Position numbers and translations under genes: made by a program. Of a DNA stretch of 64,000 nucleotides, positions 21,701-34,155 are shown piece after piece. The notes beneath the pieces were generated by a model. The model saw only the letters and a list, made by a program, of their open reading frames with translations, was not told the origin of the DNA and made no database searches. How positions within the stretch are numbered: the stretch's first letter is position 1; each line of letters starts with the position of its first letter. Source of the stretch: Entomortierella parvispora E1425 (lineage: Eukaryota; Fungi; Mortierellomycota); contig BQFW01000014.1 in NCBI GenBank assembly GCA_020891255.1, positions 2,046,001 to 2,110,000 on the forward strand, read 5' to 3'.

Positions 21701-24606
21701 GACCTTGAGCGGAAAGGTCTCGCTGAAGAGGGTATAGGTATGTCCATGCCATGTGTCCCTGTCGACTCTTGCCGCTGTGTATTAGTGCCTCGATCCAAAG
21801 TCTTCGTAGAACTTGGTGATCCTGACTTAGAATCAGGGCGACTATTTGGTGTTAAAAATCCTGGACGCATGCCTCCCAGAGTTACAGTGGGCATGAAGGA
21901 CGACTCGGACCGCCTCTGATCGATAGGCTGATGCTCTCTCTCACGTTCCTTTTCTTTATCTCGGCCAAGGCCAAACATGTCAAAAAAAGATGATCCAGTG
22001 CTCGATCTCTTTGGCTGCTCAGTTACTACAGTTCGACGGCGCTCTGGAGAAGATAGTCCGATTGCAGACAGTAGTGCCGGGCGACTTTGGCTACTGCTCA
22101 AGCTTCGGACATGATTTCGGTCGTGATTCACTGGAGCCTCTGCTGCCGCCTCAGTGTCTTGCTCCGATATTGAGTTGTGGTAGGAGGCTAGAAACTTGAA
22201 ATATAAATCGCTCTTGACAAATTCTGGGTAATCTTTGGCCAGCATCTGCTCGAATATCTGCGTTTGCGCCTCTAGCAGTAGCTTTTTAATGTTGTTGTCG
22301 ACCTTGCCCTCGTTGTCCTGCGTCTTGTTGACGGTGCGCATGGTGAGGCCACGGGTGCTGTCATCAAGAATTGAATACTCTTTCAGGGTCTGTACAAGAC
22401 CCATGCCAACGACAATAGGTCTTGGCGCTGATTCTGCAAAGTATGTGTCATAAATCATTTTGACATCGTCCCGAAGTGTATCTGTAGTATCGAACGTCGC
22501 TACAGTTGCCACAGAACTTTTTCGGCTACTCCTGATACTATTACTGAGAAGACTCCGATTCGAGCTGAGTACAGATACAGGGGTCCCAGGCGATATAGAA
22601 TCAGGAGCGACACGTTGTTTCGCCAAGACAGTCGTATTAGGGCTGTCAAGAGCAGGAATTGGTTCGTTGGGGTCTCCTCGTGGGTGCGATTCGGCTTCGA
22701 AGGTTGGCTGATCCACAATGTTGAGAGACTCAATCAACAGCCAAAACTGAAGTTCGTTCATATTGTCGCGTCGATCTTCGAACTCCATAAAATACGACAG
22801 CCCTGACGGATTAGTGAGGATAGAGGTTAGAGAGACATACTGAGGTGCGCTTTTGATCTCTGGGATATATTCTCGAACTCGCTTCTAGGTGGAGGGAAGG
22901 CCCAAAAGGAAATCAATGCTGTTTGTTAGGTGCTGGCCCTTTTCAAATCACATTATAAAAGATGTCACCTCAGTGACGACTACCTTTGGGTATGCTGGCC
23001 CACCAAGTGCCTCTATTCGTTTTTCGGCACGCCTCTTAGCGATATCCAATCGATTAATATAAACGATAATGTCCTCGACCTTGCTCCCGTTGACAATATC
23101 ATCTTTTTCGCGATTTACTATAAGAACATAGTTGCCTTGTTAGCCCCACAGCTCATGCAAGAATAGCACTGCCACAGACACTTCATAAATTACCGATTAA
23201 GGCCTTTTTCTTCCGCATCTGTGTCATGATAGTGTTCCGGATCCTCTTCACATCTAGAAGACTGTCGCATCTCTTGATCATCCTGAGAAAATCCTCAAAC
23301 GTGTACAGATCTGCTCCAGCGTTATACGGGTCCATTGAATTGTCGGTCCGGAGATCTGTATCAAGTCCATCCGCGTGCTGCTTGAGTGCCTCGCGAAGCT
23401 TCTTGACCATATTTCTATTGATGTGGTAGAACGTGAATATAATGAGTATGGGCTAATAAACACGGCGTCATGCAATACATCATAGCGACCCTCATACTGC
23501 TCTCTGATGGCTTTGTCGGTCTAGAAAAACAATCAAGGTGTTTGTAAGTACGAAATATATATAATCAAGCAGATCTAGGACGTGAAGCAACCTACATAGA
23601 TGTCGACATTCTGGTTCCAATAGTCAGGGTCTGATATAAGGCCCATTAAAGGCATAAGCACTGCACCAACGAGGACTTCTCGAAGTAAATGGCGTAGGAT
23701 CTCACTCTGGATTTCGTTTTTTGGGAGGATTGTTGGGAGGATTGTCTGCACCACGATCCTCAAGTATGCTTCTTCTGTGGCAGCGGTCGAGACTGAGGTG
23801 GTGAGAGCCTTATGTAGATGACCGTTCCTGAACTTGCTTGCTACCAAGAGATCGAGTTCATCAGATTCCGTCAAGGATCGCTCTAGTGAGTTTCCCCGCA
23901 AAGCCATTTCAGCCCTGCGAAAGTCGTTCACATGTGCTGTGACCTTGGGCACAAGTCGAGTGACGAGTAGCTCAGTGAGATCCAGATCGACGATCCTATT
24001 CTTGAGCCGGATTAGTACTATCCTAAGCAGCTCCTCGATTCTTTGCTGTAAAGCGATCTCTGGTGTAATCGATCGCATCCAACCAGCCACATAGTCTCGC
24101 ATGACCAGCTCTATCACAGTATCCATGGCCTCCGAGAGTTGGGGCATAGTGTCGGCAATGGGTGTCCTGTACTTTGCTACCTGCTCCTGGCGTCTCTGGC
24201 GCTCAATATTGCTCCAAGATACGGGTCGAGTGAAAAGGGCTGGGCGCAAGAAGTGGAAGCGCTGACGTGCTACTTGGCCTGGCTTGGCTCTTTTGCTGCT
24301 GCTCTCGGCCCTTCTTGAGGAAGACGATGGGAGCATACCAAACGAAGAACGACGGTCTCGAGAGTCATATATGATGGAGAAGGCGATATTTGACGCTGTC
24401 AAGACGGCGAGACCAAGAACTAGAATGATTGGCGTTGCAATGATTAAAGTGGCCAGCTTGCGTTGAGTTGCGTTCCCAAAAACCCAGGATAAAATGATCA
24501 TGGCAACCGTGAAGACGGCAGCCTGGAGAGGGGAGACAAGTCCCCAGTGAGGCCTCTTGTCCAGCTCGGTGGCATTGTCCCCATCGCAGCCCACATCCAT
24601 ATCCAT
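18748..24606 (-). CDS. MDM1: PXA-RGS-PX-Nexin_C sorting nexin (Mdm1/SNX13/14/25 family), multi-exon
   Basis: Two N-terminal hydrophobic helices, PXA (VMRDYVAGW...LISDPDYWNQ), RGS (YTFEDFLR...NELQFWL), PX (VIARRYSEFFALHQKLK) and Nexin_C (WLRRQAVVIILQQVLGGTIERK). Confidence 0.9.
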
Positions 24607-24761
24607 TGAGGGCTATCACTGTCGGGTCAGGGAGAGGGTCAGAGGGAGAATAGAACAGGCGACAGGTGTCAGAAGGAAGATGATGCGCGTTGTTTGCATT
24701 GTGTGCCATGCGACAATGGGTCACCAGGGCTGGCAGGCTGGCAGGCAGCGCAGGCATTGAT

Positions 24762-24767
24762 CACGTG
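24762..24767. promoter_or_regulatory. E-box (TCACGTGA) in the MDM1/FANCD2 bidirectional promoter
   Basis: Lies within the 291-bp gap between the divergent ATGs at 24606 and 24898. Confidence 0.5.
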
Positions 24768-24897
24768 AATTGGACTGGCGGCGCCTCTTTTTGCCACCAA
24801 CTCGTTGTTCCTGACAAGGCAAAGGTCTCCTCATGTCGTTCTTTCTTCATTCTTTCTTTCTTGCATTCCCCTCCCTGCCGCAATCAGACCCTACTCA

Positions 24898-27800
24898 ATG
24901 TCATCCACCTCGGGACCGGCTCTCTTCCATAATGTGTGCAATCAGGCAGGCCTGACGCTCGGCGAGAACGGATCTCTGAATGTCCTGCAGACAGAGCCGA
25001 GTCGATTCCAGCGAGAAGTTGCAAGACTCATTCAATGGGGCTCATCCGGATCGAGCTGTGTTGATCCCTTCCTCGACGGGGTGCAAGACTATCTCGATGA
25101 CTCAGACACGTTAAGGCGATGTTTAGTCCCAGTGAAATATTCTGGCGACCAGGGCACTTCGTACGTGTAGGCTTAGATAATACGCGCCTAAAACTGCAAG
25201 CACTCTCCTAACCATCGTCGTGTACAACTAGATCACGGAATGACAGTTTGATCCGATTGCTGCTGAATGTGGATTCGATCCAACCGGGACTTACAGAGGT
25301 GTTACTGGATAGGATACTTGGCTCCCTAAACGAAGAGTAAGCCCTACCGATTCTTGGCGCACTGCATCGGGACCATCCACGCTAACCAGCAAAGCATTTC
25401 CTTCGTCGACAAGCAGAGATAACGAGCCACATATCCCAAAACTAATTCTGCAACAGTTCAAGTGGCTGAGCAACATCAGCGAGCCGTCTCGGCTTTCGTC
25501 CAAGCTGCTAGAGGTATGGGCACTTCTGAATGTGTGGGATATAGCTGTATAGTGGATGCTCGCTCACCTTGTCTGATACGTAGGTCATCAGCATATCGCC
25601 ATTATCTATCCAAAGAGATATCATAACATCCATTCCTGAAATTCTACCGGACTCTGAGCACAGGGTAAGACCTCAAAAATCAATGTTGAGTGCGAGTGAT
25701 GTGATTAAGTCTAAGAACAATTATTTCTGGACGTAGACTGTAGTTCTTGGGCTTGTCGAGCTCATGGAAAGCTCGTCCGACCTGATGGTACCGATACTGG
25801 ATGCACTGTCCAATCTCAATCTCCAATCGGACGTACTGGTAAGTACTTTGTACCGCAATACCTCCCAACACTGTGACCAAGCTCATAGTGCTAAGCATGG
25901 CTATTCTAGATTGGCGCGCGAGGTCATGTCATGAACAAGCTGGAGTCAGCAGAGCTAGATGATCTTCCTGTTGTCATCAAATTTCTGCTCCAGACAGTCG
26001 AGCCTGATACTGTGGATGATGTGATCAGGACTATTCGAGGCAATCTTGACTTCCGATCTATAAGCAGACTACAAAAGAACTCGAAGCACAGAACGGCCAC
26101 ACAGACTCCGGAGGTTCTAATACTAGGCAAGTTTTGATTGAATCCGCGGCCTCCTCTGCTTGGGGCGATAATCTTACCTCTGCTCTATCTCTTTGACGTC
26201 TAGATGCCCTTAAAACTGGCATTCGCTTCCAGAAATTCGTGACAGACGCGTGGTTCAAAGCTCTTTCGGCTATACCTACAGCAGTAAGAGCGACTGGTTG
26301 ATAAGGGGGGGGGGGTTTTGCCAATACTAACGGGTTTACTTTTTTGTTTGTAACAGAGTCAGCATGTTGCAATTGATGTGATCGTGATGTTTATACTTCA
26401 CTCCATTGTCAGCTTGAAGAAGAAAGTTGAGATCATGATCAGAAAGAAAATCATTGATGGACTTTTGACCAAAAAATTGCTTGAAGAAACGATCCTTGTT
26501 CATGGAACCTCTTTGCGAGAGTAAGAGATGTTGTAGGCTGCGAGTTTAGATAATTATGAATATCCATAAGCTAACTCCACCTCGTTCTTTGCTAAGCACA
26601 GGTATATGCCAGCAATTCTGTCTATCTCAGAGAACCTCCTGCGATCGAGTGTGAATCACCCTATCATCACCCGTACAGCTTCCAAGCTATACACCGCTTC
26701 ATTCCAAATATCAGACGCGTACTATCGCCAGGAGATTGTGGGCTCGCTGTTAGTACATATTGGCAGCGGATCTGCAGTAGAAATTGATGCCTCCTTATTG
26801 GTGCTTCGAAACATTTCTCAGAACTCTCGGTCGACTCTGAAGGAGTATAGTGTCTTTATCAAAGGAGTTCTTGACTATCTAGACAATTTATCTTTGGAAC
26901 AAATTCGCCTGTTGTTTACTGTGCTTGGATCCTTGGCGCGAGAGGTATGGATGCACGTGTGTCACACATTCCCAGAGAAGCACAGTGACAGGAGCTCTAA
27001 CACACACGTGTCCTCTTTAGGAAGAAACTTCTACTGGCAGTGGCTCCCTTCTAACAGATTTGAACATCATAATAAGAAAACAGCTGTCAAATCCTATGCA
27101 TACTGTCAAGCAGATCGGAGTCATGGGAGCTGTTGCTTTAGTTCAAGCTTTTGGTGTTAAGGAACCTGGGTTGATTGAACATGGATCATCCAGTCAAGCA
27201 CGTAGGTTTGCCGCTCTTTCGCTCTTTAGCACGCTCTAATCTGAAAGCTGAATTAACCATAATTTCATTATCCGATTCTCACATTCTCTACAAAAGCTAC
27301 CCATTTGCAAGCCGAGTCGGATCCCTTCCTCCGAACATCCGTCCAATATCTGCAAATGATCAAGGATTCTTGTCAAAAGTCAGCGGTATGGATTCATGAC
27401 ATATATTGCTGCTCTATTTCGTATTCTAATCTTTTCCCAAGCACCCCTTTAGATTTGTTTGTCGCTCACGTTTGATGAACTTGCCAGTATGGTTCTATCC
27501 CACGATATTGACCCAAGACTGGTTCTTTGGATCAAGGAGGAATTCTCTAACAACTTTGCTGAGGCTTTTGTGTGTGGAGCAAATGAGACCTTCACTCTAA
27601 GACCGAGTAGAAATATTGCCATGGAGCGATGGATGAATCTAGATGGACCGGTTAGTATAATCTCGCTTCAACAACGAGTAACTATCATATCGCTAAATAA
27701 CACCTAACACCTAACACCTGACATCCACAATTATTTAGGAGTCTGAGCTCGCTCTGAGTATCATACCGAATCTGTGCTCCGAAGTCACTGGCATGACACC

Positions 27801-30800
27801 GCATGGGACACCTGTCGACAACCATGATGCCATCGTATATCTCTGCTCGATGTTTAAACTGATGCAAGCAACGGAGAAAGCCACGAGTGACCAAGGCCTG
27901 GATGATATTGACGGGCTCTTGGGGTGTGGCATCATCATGTTTAAATATGAATACCTGGAGGTAAATTGAACAATCACCCTAGAGAACCGCTCTTAATTTT
28001 CTTGAAACACATTGAAAGAACCGTGATTGACAGATTTACCTATCTGATATCGCTTGGCTAGGATTTGAATGAGATTTACAGCGTAGAAATCTGTTACGTG
28101 GTTGCCCAAGCGTTGCTCTGTGCGATCAACTGGTATGCCTTACGCCTTAGAGTTGAAGATTCAGCCAGAATACTTTTTAACTTCTGACTATTTTAGGTTC
28201 CGTGAAATTGCCAATGCATTTTCTTATGATGCTGGGGACCAAACCATGGGTATGTTGATGTATTGCGACACCTGTGTAACCCTTTAACGACATACATCTG
28301 TCTATCTCTCTCTCTCTCTCTCCATATTCCACTACTGATACATCACGTTTGTGTTTAGCGCGAATTATTTTACGCTTACAGCAGATGTCAGAGTTGGAGG
28401 ACATGCTTCGCCATGTTTTGAAACTCATCCCTGGATTTCAACCACTTGAAGCTACCCTGTCCAAGGGTCAAGAGGTCACTGGAATATCTGCCTTTTCAAA
28501 GACAGGGACACTTTCAATTCAGTCTCAAATACCACCTACCCTTGCAGGGAAAGCACCTATGGAATCAGCTCGCGATGAAATTTCGTCGAAAACTACATTT
28601 TCCGTTAATAACTCTAACGAAATTGTCACTTTTGAGTCGCTCTCGCCTTTCCTGCGAGAATTGGAGGTAACATGGCAGCATACCCTTTCAGAGGCACAAC
28701 CTTATGCAGCGCTGCTTATTGACTCGACTTGACCTTGTGATTTAGATCGATGTTTTCCAAGTGCTACGTGTTCACTATCCCATCACTCGCCCAATCTTCG
28801 AAATGAGCGAAATCAACGAGAACAAAAGTGTCCAACTGCAATACCAAGAGCTAAGGCTTCTACTGCGCGACCTCTCAGCAAAAGTTACCTTCAAATTGTT
28901 TTCTCCGGCTACTTATATCCCTTCAAAGAAGAGGGCTATGGCACTTGCTGGGAACTTCCCATTACTAAATCGAATGAAGACCCAAGAGTTTGTCCAAGGT
29001 GTTTTACGAATTGTACCACACCTTGTTACGAAAACGAGGATGATGCTCAAGGTTCTAGATGATGATGAGGTAAGAACCCTATATTATTAGCGTTCCTCCA
29101 ATTTACATCTACTAATCAAATATCTGTATGCATTACAGGCTGCTGCTGTGGATAATTCGCTGGTAACAGATTGCCTTAGATTATCCCTAAAGATCCTGCA
29201 CACTTTGCTCTCCTGGAACGAACTCAAGAGCAGCGATCAAAAAGATATCCGACTGGTACGCATCCATTGCTAGGCTTTAAAAAAAAAATAGAAAGGGGGT
29301 GGCGTTTCTTAACCCTCACTGTGAACACTATACAGAAACTACTACGGTCCCTGGCACAAGACGGCAAAACTGCAGAACAAGTGTCAGAAATATCAGCCTC
29401 AGTCAATCTCTCAAAGGTTGCATCCCTAGCTTTCCACGACTTGGCAGCATGGCGAGAATTGATGCCCAATTTCGAGGTTTCGGCCTCGCTGCTGGAAGTA
29501 CTGGAGAAGATTTTGGAACTAGTACCCAAAAGCCAAGAGACAGCTACCATGGCGTCAAAGCTTGCGACTGAGGTGCTATCTAAAAGATGGCCTCCCAGTG
29601 ATTCCATCAAGGTATGTTGGTTCTGAGCCGTATACGGTCATGCAGTTGTTGTTCTGCCACTAAGACATTTTATGGGTTTGTAGAACGAAAAACTAGCCTA
29701 TGTACTTGGTGAACAGATTGGAAGATCGGCTGTAAGACTTGAAATGGTGCTCGAATACGTGACACAGGTGCTACCCTCCTTTCTGGGACAAACCGATGAG
29801 TTTGAAGACCTTCACCCGCTTCTAAACAACCACAGCTTCACAACATACACAAAGGTACACCTTCAGCTCCTTTCGTTCAGTATTTCGGCCACCTCAACTT
29901 GATTAGTACTAAAAGCAACGTCTACTTTGTGCATTATAGGTGCTCTATATCCAGCTTTCGTCCTTGGCTGGGGAATTTGACGAGGACCACTTCGATAGTG
30001 TCGAAGCAGCTTTTGAACACATCTCAAGTCTTGCTCTGTGCTTTCAAAGACTGGCAGCCTTTGTGAAGTCGAATGATAAGCGGGATGTCTTGGCTGTAAC
30101 ATTACGACATTCGAAAGCTTTCATGGAGCAATTTATAAGGCGTGTTCTGCCATTTCTTGGCATGCATTTTCGCGGTCATCAAGACTCCGTGTCCAAGATC
30201 TTCAAGAATTATCTACAAACTGCAACAAGATCCCTGCAAGTACGTCTGTGCCACTATAGCCGCGTATTTTATCACAATTTCCACGTTACTGATCACCATT
30301 GCGTTGTTTTTTTGTCTCGAAATAGAACGTATGTGGTCATGCCAAAGCATCGAAAGAGCAATCACTTATGGCCATGGTACCAGCTATCAAGAAAACTATG
30401 GAAAGCCTCATCTTTGAAGTTAAGCTTATGCTTGAGAACAACGATGCAGGAGCAGCGTTCTGGCTTGGTAACTTGAAGCACCGCAATCTCGCTGGTGAGG
30501 AAATCAGCTCGCAATTTCCCGTCGAATCAGAGGATGACGACAATCCGGCAGAGGAAGCTATAGAGGATGAAGATCAATCCGATGAAGCACTAAAACTTTC
30601 GGGAAAGAAGAAAAACTCCTCAAGAGGGCGTAAGCGTGATAAACAGGTTGCAAACACTGCAGATCAAAGTGAAGAGCCTACCAAGAAAAAAAGAAAACGA
30701 CGACAGCCACAGCTATCCAAACCCAAGACATACGACGGGTCTGAGAGTCGAGAGCCTGGCGAGTCGCGAATTCACTCTAGAAGGTAATTAGTGACTGTCG

Positions 30801-31217
30801 TCTCTTTTACGACATTGGCGAAGGTGACATGATGTACTAATCTGTTCTTTTGTATCTTTGTAATTATACCGTAGTCAAATTACCAATAGTGATATGAGCG
30901 ATGATGGCGAGGATCAACTGGATGGTGAAGATGACGAAAGAACAATGACAGCCCATGTAAGGCCAGCAAAGAATGCGGCTGACTCTGAAACAGAAGACGA
31001 TTACGACGGAGCAGCGATCGAACAACAGGATGAAAATCTGGAAAAGCGACGTCGGGTCAGAAATCCCTACATAGATGACACAGCCATGGATGGGGATGAA
31101 GACGAGGAAGACGATGAAGAGGAAGATGTCGATGAGGAAGAAGAGGGGGAGGAGGAAGAAGAGGAAGAGGGGGAAGAGGACGAAGGATCCAATGACGATG
31201 ACAATGACGACGATTAA
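24898..31217 (+). CDS. FANCD2: Fanconi anemia group D2 protein homolog, many exons
   Basis: DSLIRLLLNVDSIQP, LDDLPVVIKFLL, IIIRKQLSN (K561-equivalent), LQTATRSLQ..CGHAK and AFWLGNLKHRNLAGEEISSQ resemble human FANCD2 as I recall it. Acidic C-terminal tail. Confidence 0.93.
26127..26203 (+). other. GC-AG intron in FANCD2
   Basis: GCAAGT donor and TCTAG acceptor. Splicing joins VLIL-D-ALKTGIRF in frame, whereas the unspliced frame stops at 26137. Confidence 0.8.
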
Positions 31218-31252
31218 ACGCAGAAAATAATAAATTCCTCAATGAATCCCAA

Positions 31253-33389
31253 TCAACTTTTATTTGGAAGTGGCATGGCCGTACCAAACACAAAGTCGGG
31301 CGAATAAGACAAAGGGATGGCACTGAAGTTCTTTCCTTGATTCTGAGGGGACCAAGCGCTACTGCGTTGGGACCAGATCGCTTTAAGTCTGTCCAAATGA
31401 GACATTTCCCCCATGCTGCCACCGTTCAAGGCCTGCCGCTTTGTTGGAGAGACAAGAGGCAATGGGGCACAGCTCGAGGAACTATCTGATACCCTTCTTG
31501 AATCTTGCTTGGAACTGGAAAGCAAACGCGACAAGGCAGCATATCCATGTGGACTGACCTCTAGGGCTCCTTTGATTTTACCGAATCGTCCCATGCTTTC
31601 AGTTCCCCGAGGAGTGACTGTTCCAGAGAGTGATGAGTCCTCTGTGGAATCCTGCCCCGATTCGTACTCATTGAGAGTTGAGTTCACCTCTCTCCGCTCA
31701 CGGCTTATCTCTTTTCCATCTTCCCTCATCAATGTAGGTACTGATGGAGATCGACGCACTACGGCGATCTCTACACATTCAAGGACCTCACGGACCTTCA
31801 ACACAGAGGCCCTGGGCTGGTGATAGGGTTGGTGCTGTGTGAAGATAACGCCTGTCTCCGAAGTGTTTCTTTGGGGATACTCTCTGTCGTCAGATCGATC
31901 TGTCTCCGTTTCCGATAGGTCCAATGAAGCTGACCGGTTGTCTGCTAAGGGCTCTGAAGGTGACACGGTAGCTCTATGATCAGGCAGGTGTATCTCAGAG
32001 TGGAATTCTTCTGCGTAGTTTTGATGAGCCTGCTCGGTCCAACTTTCTTGGTCGACTGCCTCCTGCATGGATGCTTCTGGAAGAACTGCATCTGTTTGGT
32101 GTTGTGAGTGCTGCTGGATCCAGTTTGCACTGTCGCTTTCTCCCAGTAGAGATTGCTCACTGTTGCCTTTGCCGTCGTTTTCTTCCTCCAGGGATGTTTC
32201 AAATACATTTGTTTCTGTATGGTTTTGTTGGCTTTGCTCGATGCTGATATTACCAATGTTTCCTTGCTGTGGGGATGCATCTCGCAGAATTGCTTCCGTT
32301 TGTAGTTGGCTACATTCAATGTTGGTTCCGCCGAAGGCTTCATCCCTCTGGATTTTCTCGAGGAGAGGCACCTCTGTTTGCCGTTGGTATTGCTCAATCC
32401 TGATTTCAATTTGGGCTTCATTCTGTTGACCTGCTTCGAGAAGCACTTCTGTCCGATGCTGGCACTGATCGATCCTGCCTTCGGTGTGGACTTTTTCTTG
32501 CATAAATGTCTCCGATAATGCTGTTCCCGCTCCATTTGGTCGATATTCCTCAGTGCTGCTCTCATTGTCGGGATCTCTTTCCGAGAATGTCTCATGGAGT
32601 GATGGTTCTGCGCGCTGTTGCCTTGTATCAAGGAGAGGCACCGTTTGACTATGATCGAGTGTCTCGACCCTGATTTCGCCTGGTTGAAACGTCTCTGACG
32701 GTGTAACTTCTGCTTGACTTCGTGGTACTGATACCGAAGGCACCCACCCTCGCTCGTCGTCAAAGTTGGACGTATCCGATGTTATTCGGTCAACGCTACT
32801 TCCAGATTGATGGTGCAACCCATCAAACTCATACTGCAGCTGGATCAGCGTCTCTGCTCCAAGTAGTCTCCTCTCAAGTTCTGCATTCAATTCCTGTTGC
32901 CGCTGTTCCCGCAGTTGCTGTTCCAGTAGTTGCTGTTCCCGCAGTTGCTGTTCCAGTAGTTGCTGTTCCAGTAGTTGCTGTTCCAGTAGTTGCTGTTCCA
33001 GTAGTTGCTGTTCCAGTAGTTGCTGTTCCAGTAGTTGCTGTTCCAACTGTTGCTGTTGCTGTTGCTTTTGTAGTTGTTGCTGTTGCTGTTGTTGTCGACG
33101 TCGTTTGTGCCTAGTGGAGATGATTTCTCCGGAGGTATCGCGCGATTGTCGAGATTTTGGAGGCCGCTTGAGACTGTCTGTGAGTTCAATTTTGGTGAAG
33201 AAGACGTGCGGACGCCTGGGCGTCTGTAATGTATGCGACAGAGATGGCGCGTCATCTTCTTGTCGGTAACTATGAGAAATGAACCCTGGACAAAACCGAG
33301 GTCAACACGAAGAACATGCCTATAGCATATAACTCAAATTTCTTTCTGTCGCAACCCCTCTTCCTGCAGCACAGTTGCTCACCTTCCAT
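31253..33389 (-). CDS. Hypothetical low-complexity Q/E/S-rich protein, 2 exons
   Basis: ATG GAA G|GTGAGC, intron 33286-33382, then a frame open through (EQQLL)n to the stop at 31253. No known domain recognised. Confidence 0.7.
32902..33049 (-). repeat. 15-bp coding tandem repeat (EQQLL/EQQLR), ~9-10 units
   Basis: GAACAGCAACTACTG repeated, with a CTGCGG variant. Confidence 0.92.
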
Positions 33390-33477
33390 GATTATAGACG
33401 TGCTGCGCGGATTGAGGAGAATGGTTGGCCTTTTTTTTTTCGATGCTTTTTTGACCGCCCAAAAAGAGGCGATCTGA

Positions 33478-33502
33478 CACGTGATATCAACAGTAGCACG
33501 TG
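33478..33502. promoter_or_regulatory. Paired E-boxes (CACGTG at 33478 and 33497) followed by CCAAT
   Basis: Two CACGTG sites 19 bp apart, ~90-110 bp upstream of the ATG at 33389. Confidence 0.45.
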
Positions 33503-33547
33503 ACCAATCGTCATCTGAATCATAAGTGTTAAATGTCTGTCCTTAGA

Positions 33548-34155
33548 TGTCGTGACTCTCGGTATCACGACTGATCCTTAGGGTGTGTCGAGCGTGTTCT
33601 TCTACACTGGGCACCACAGTCAGCTACCTTGACTGTAATCGAGATGGAAGGGCAAAGAAAGGATATGTTTAATAAGATATTCTGTGTGTTACTACTGATA
33701 GGGTTCTCAAGAGGGTTACCTGTAATCGAGATGGAAGGGCAAAGAAAGGATGCCGTTCTAAGTCTCGATACAGAGCTACTTATATACTGAAGGTAGTGAA
33801 GTGAGACTATACTGCTGACACTATGGAAATAAATAGTGAAGGGCTTATGACTATTCTGGAATAGGGGCCCTAACGTCCGAGGTTTCAAAGAGCTTGGTCG
33901 ACCGGCGTGGAGACAAGCTTTTGATTGGCAACGGTTGGTAGGTTAATGTCGGAGAAACATGAAATGCTCCGTTCGTGAGTATACACGATTGAGGGTAGTC
34001 GACCTGGTGATGGTCAACGACGATGACGCGCGGCACAAGTGCAATGAGGGCGCGCAACAAGGGTCCATTCATCAGGCGTGTCGGCGGTCAGGTGATCGTA
34101 AGTCATGTGATCAGACGCGGAGCTGGCGGGGATAAAAGCAGTCTGATTCACGACA
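33548..34155 (-). repeat. 3' LTR of family C
   Basis: No difference from 39046-39653 found by eye (constant offset 5498). Internal 32-bp direct repeat at 33633-33664 and 33720-33751. Confidence 0.97.

Noticed and set aside
32902-33049. 15-bp repeats as a non-coding array
   Set aside because: They lie in frame within a long ORF and encode EQQLL.
33565-34072. 107-aa and 73-aa ORFs duplicated at 39063-39570
   Set aside because: They are incidental frames inside the LTRs with non-ATG starts and no domain.
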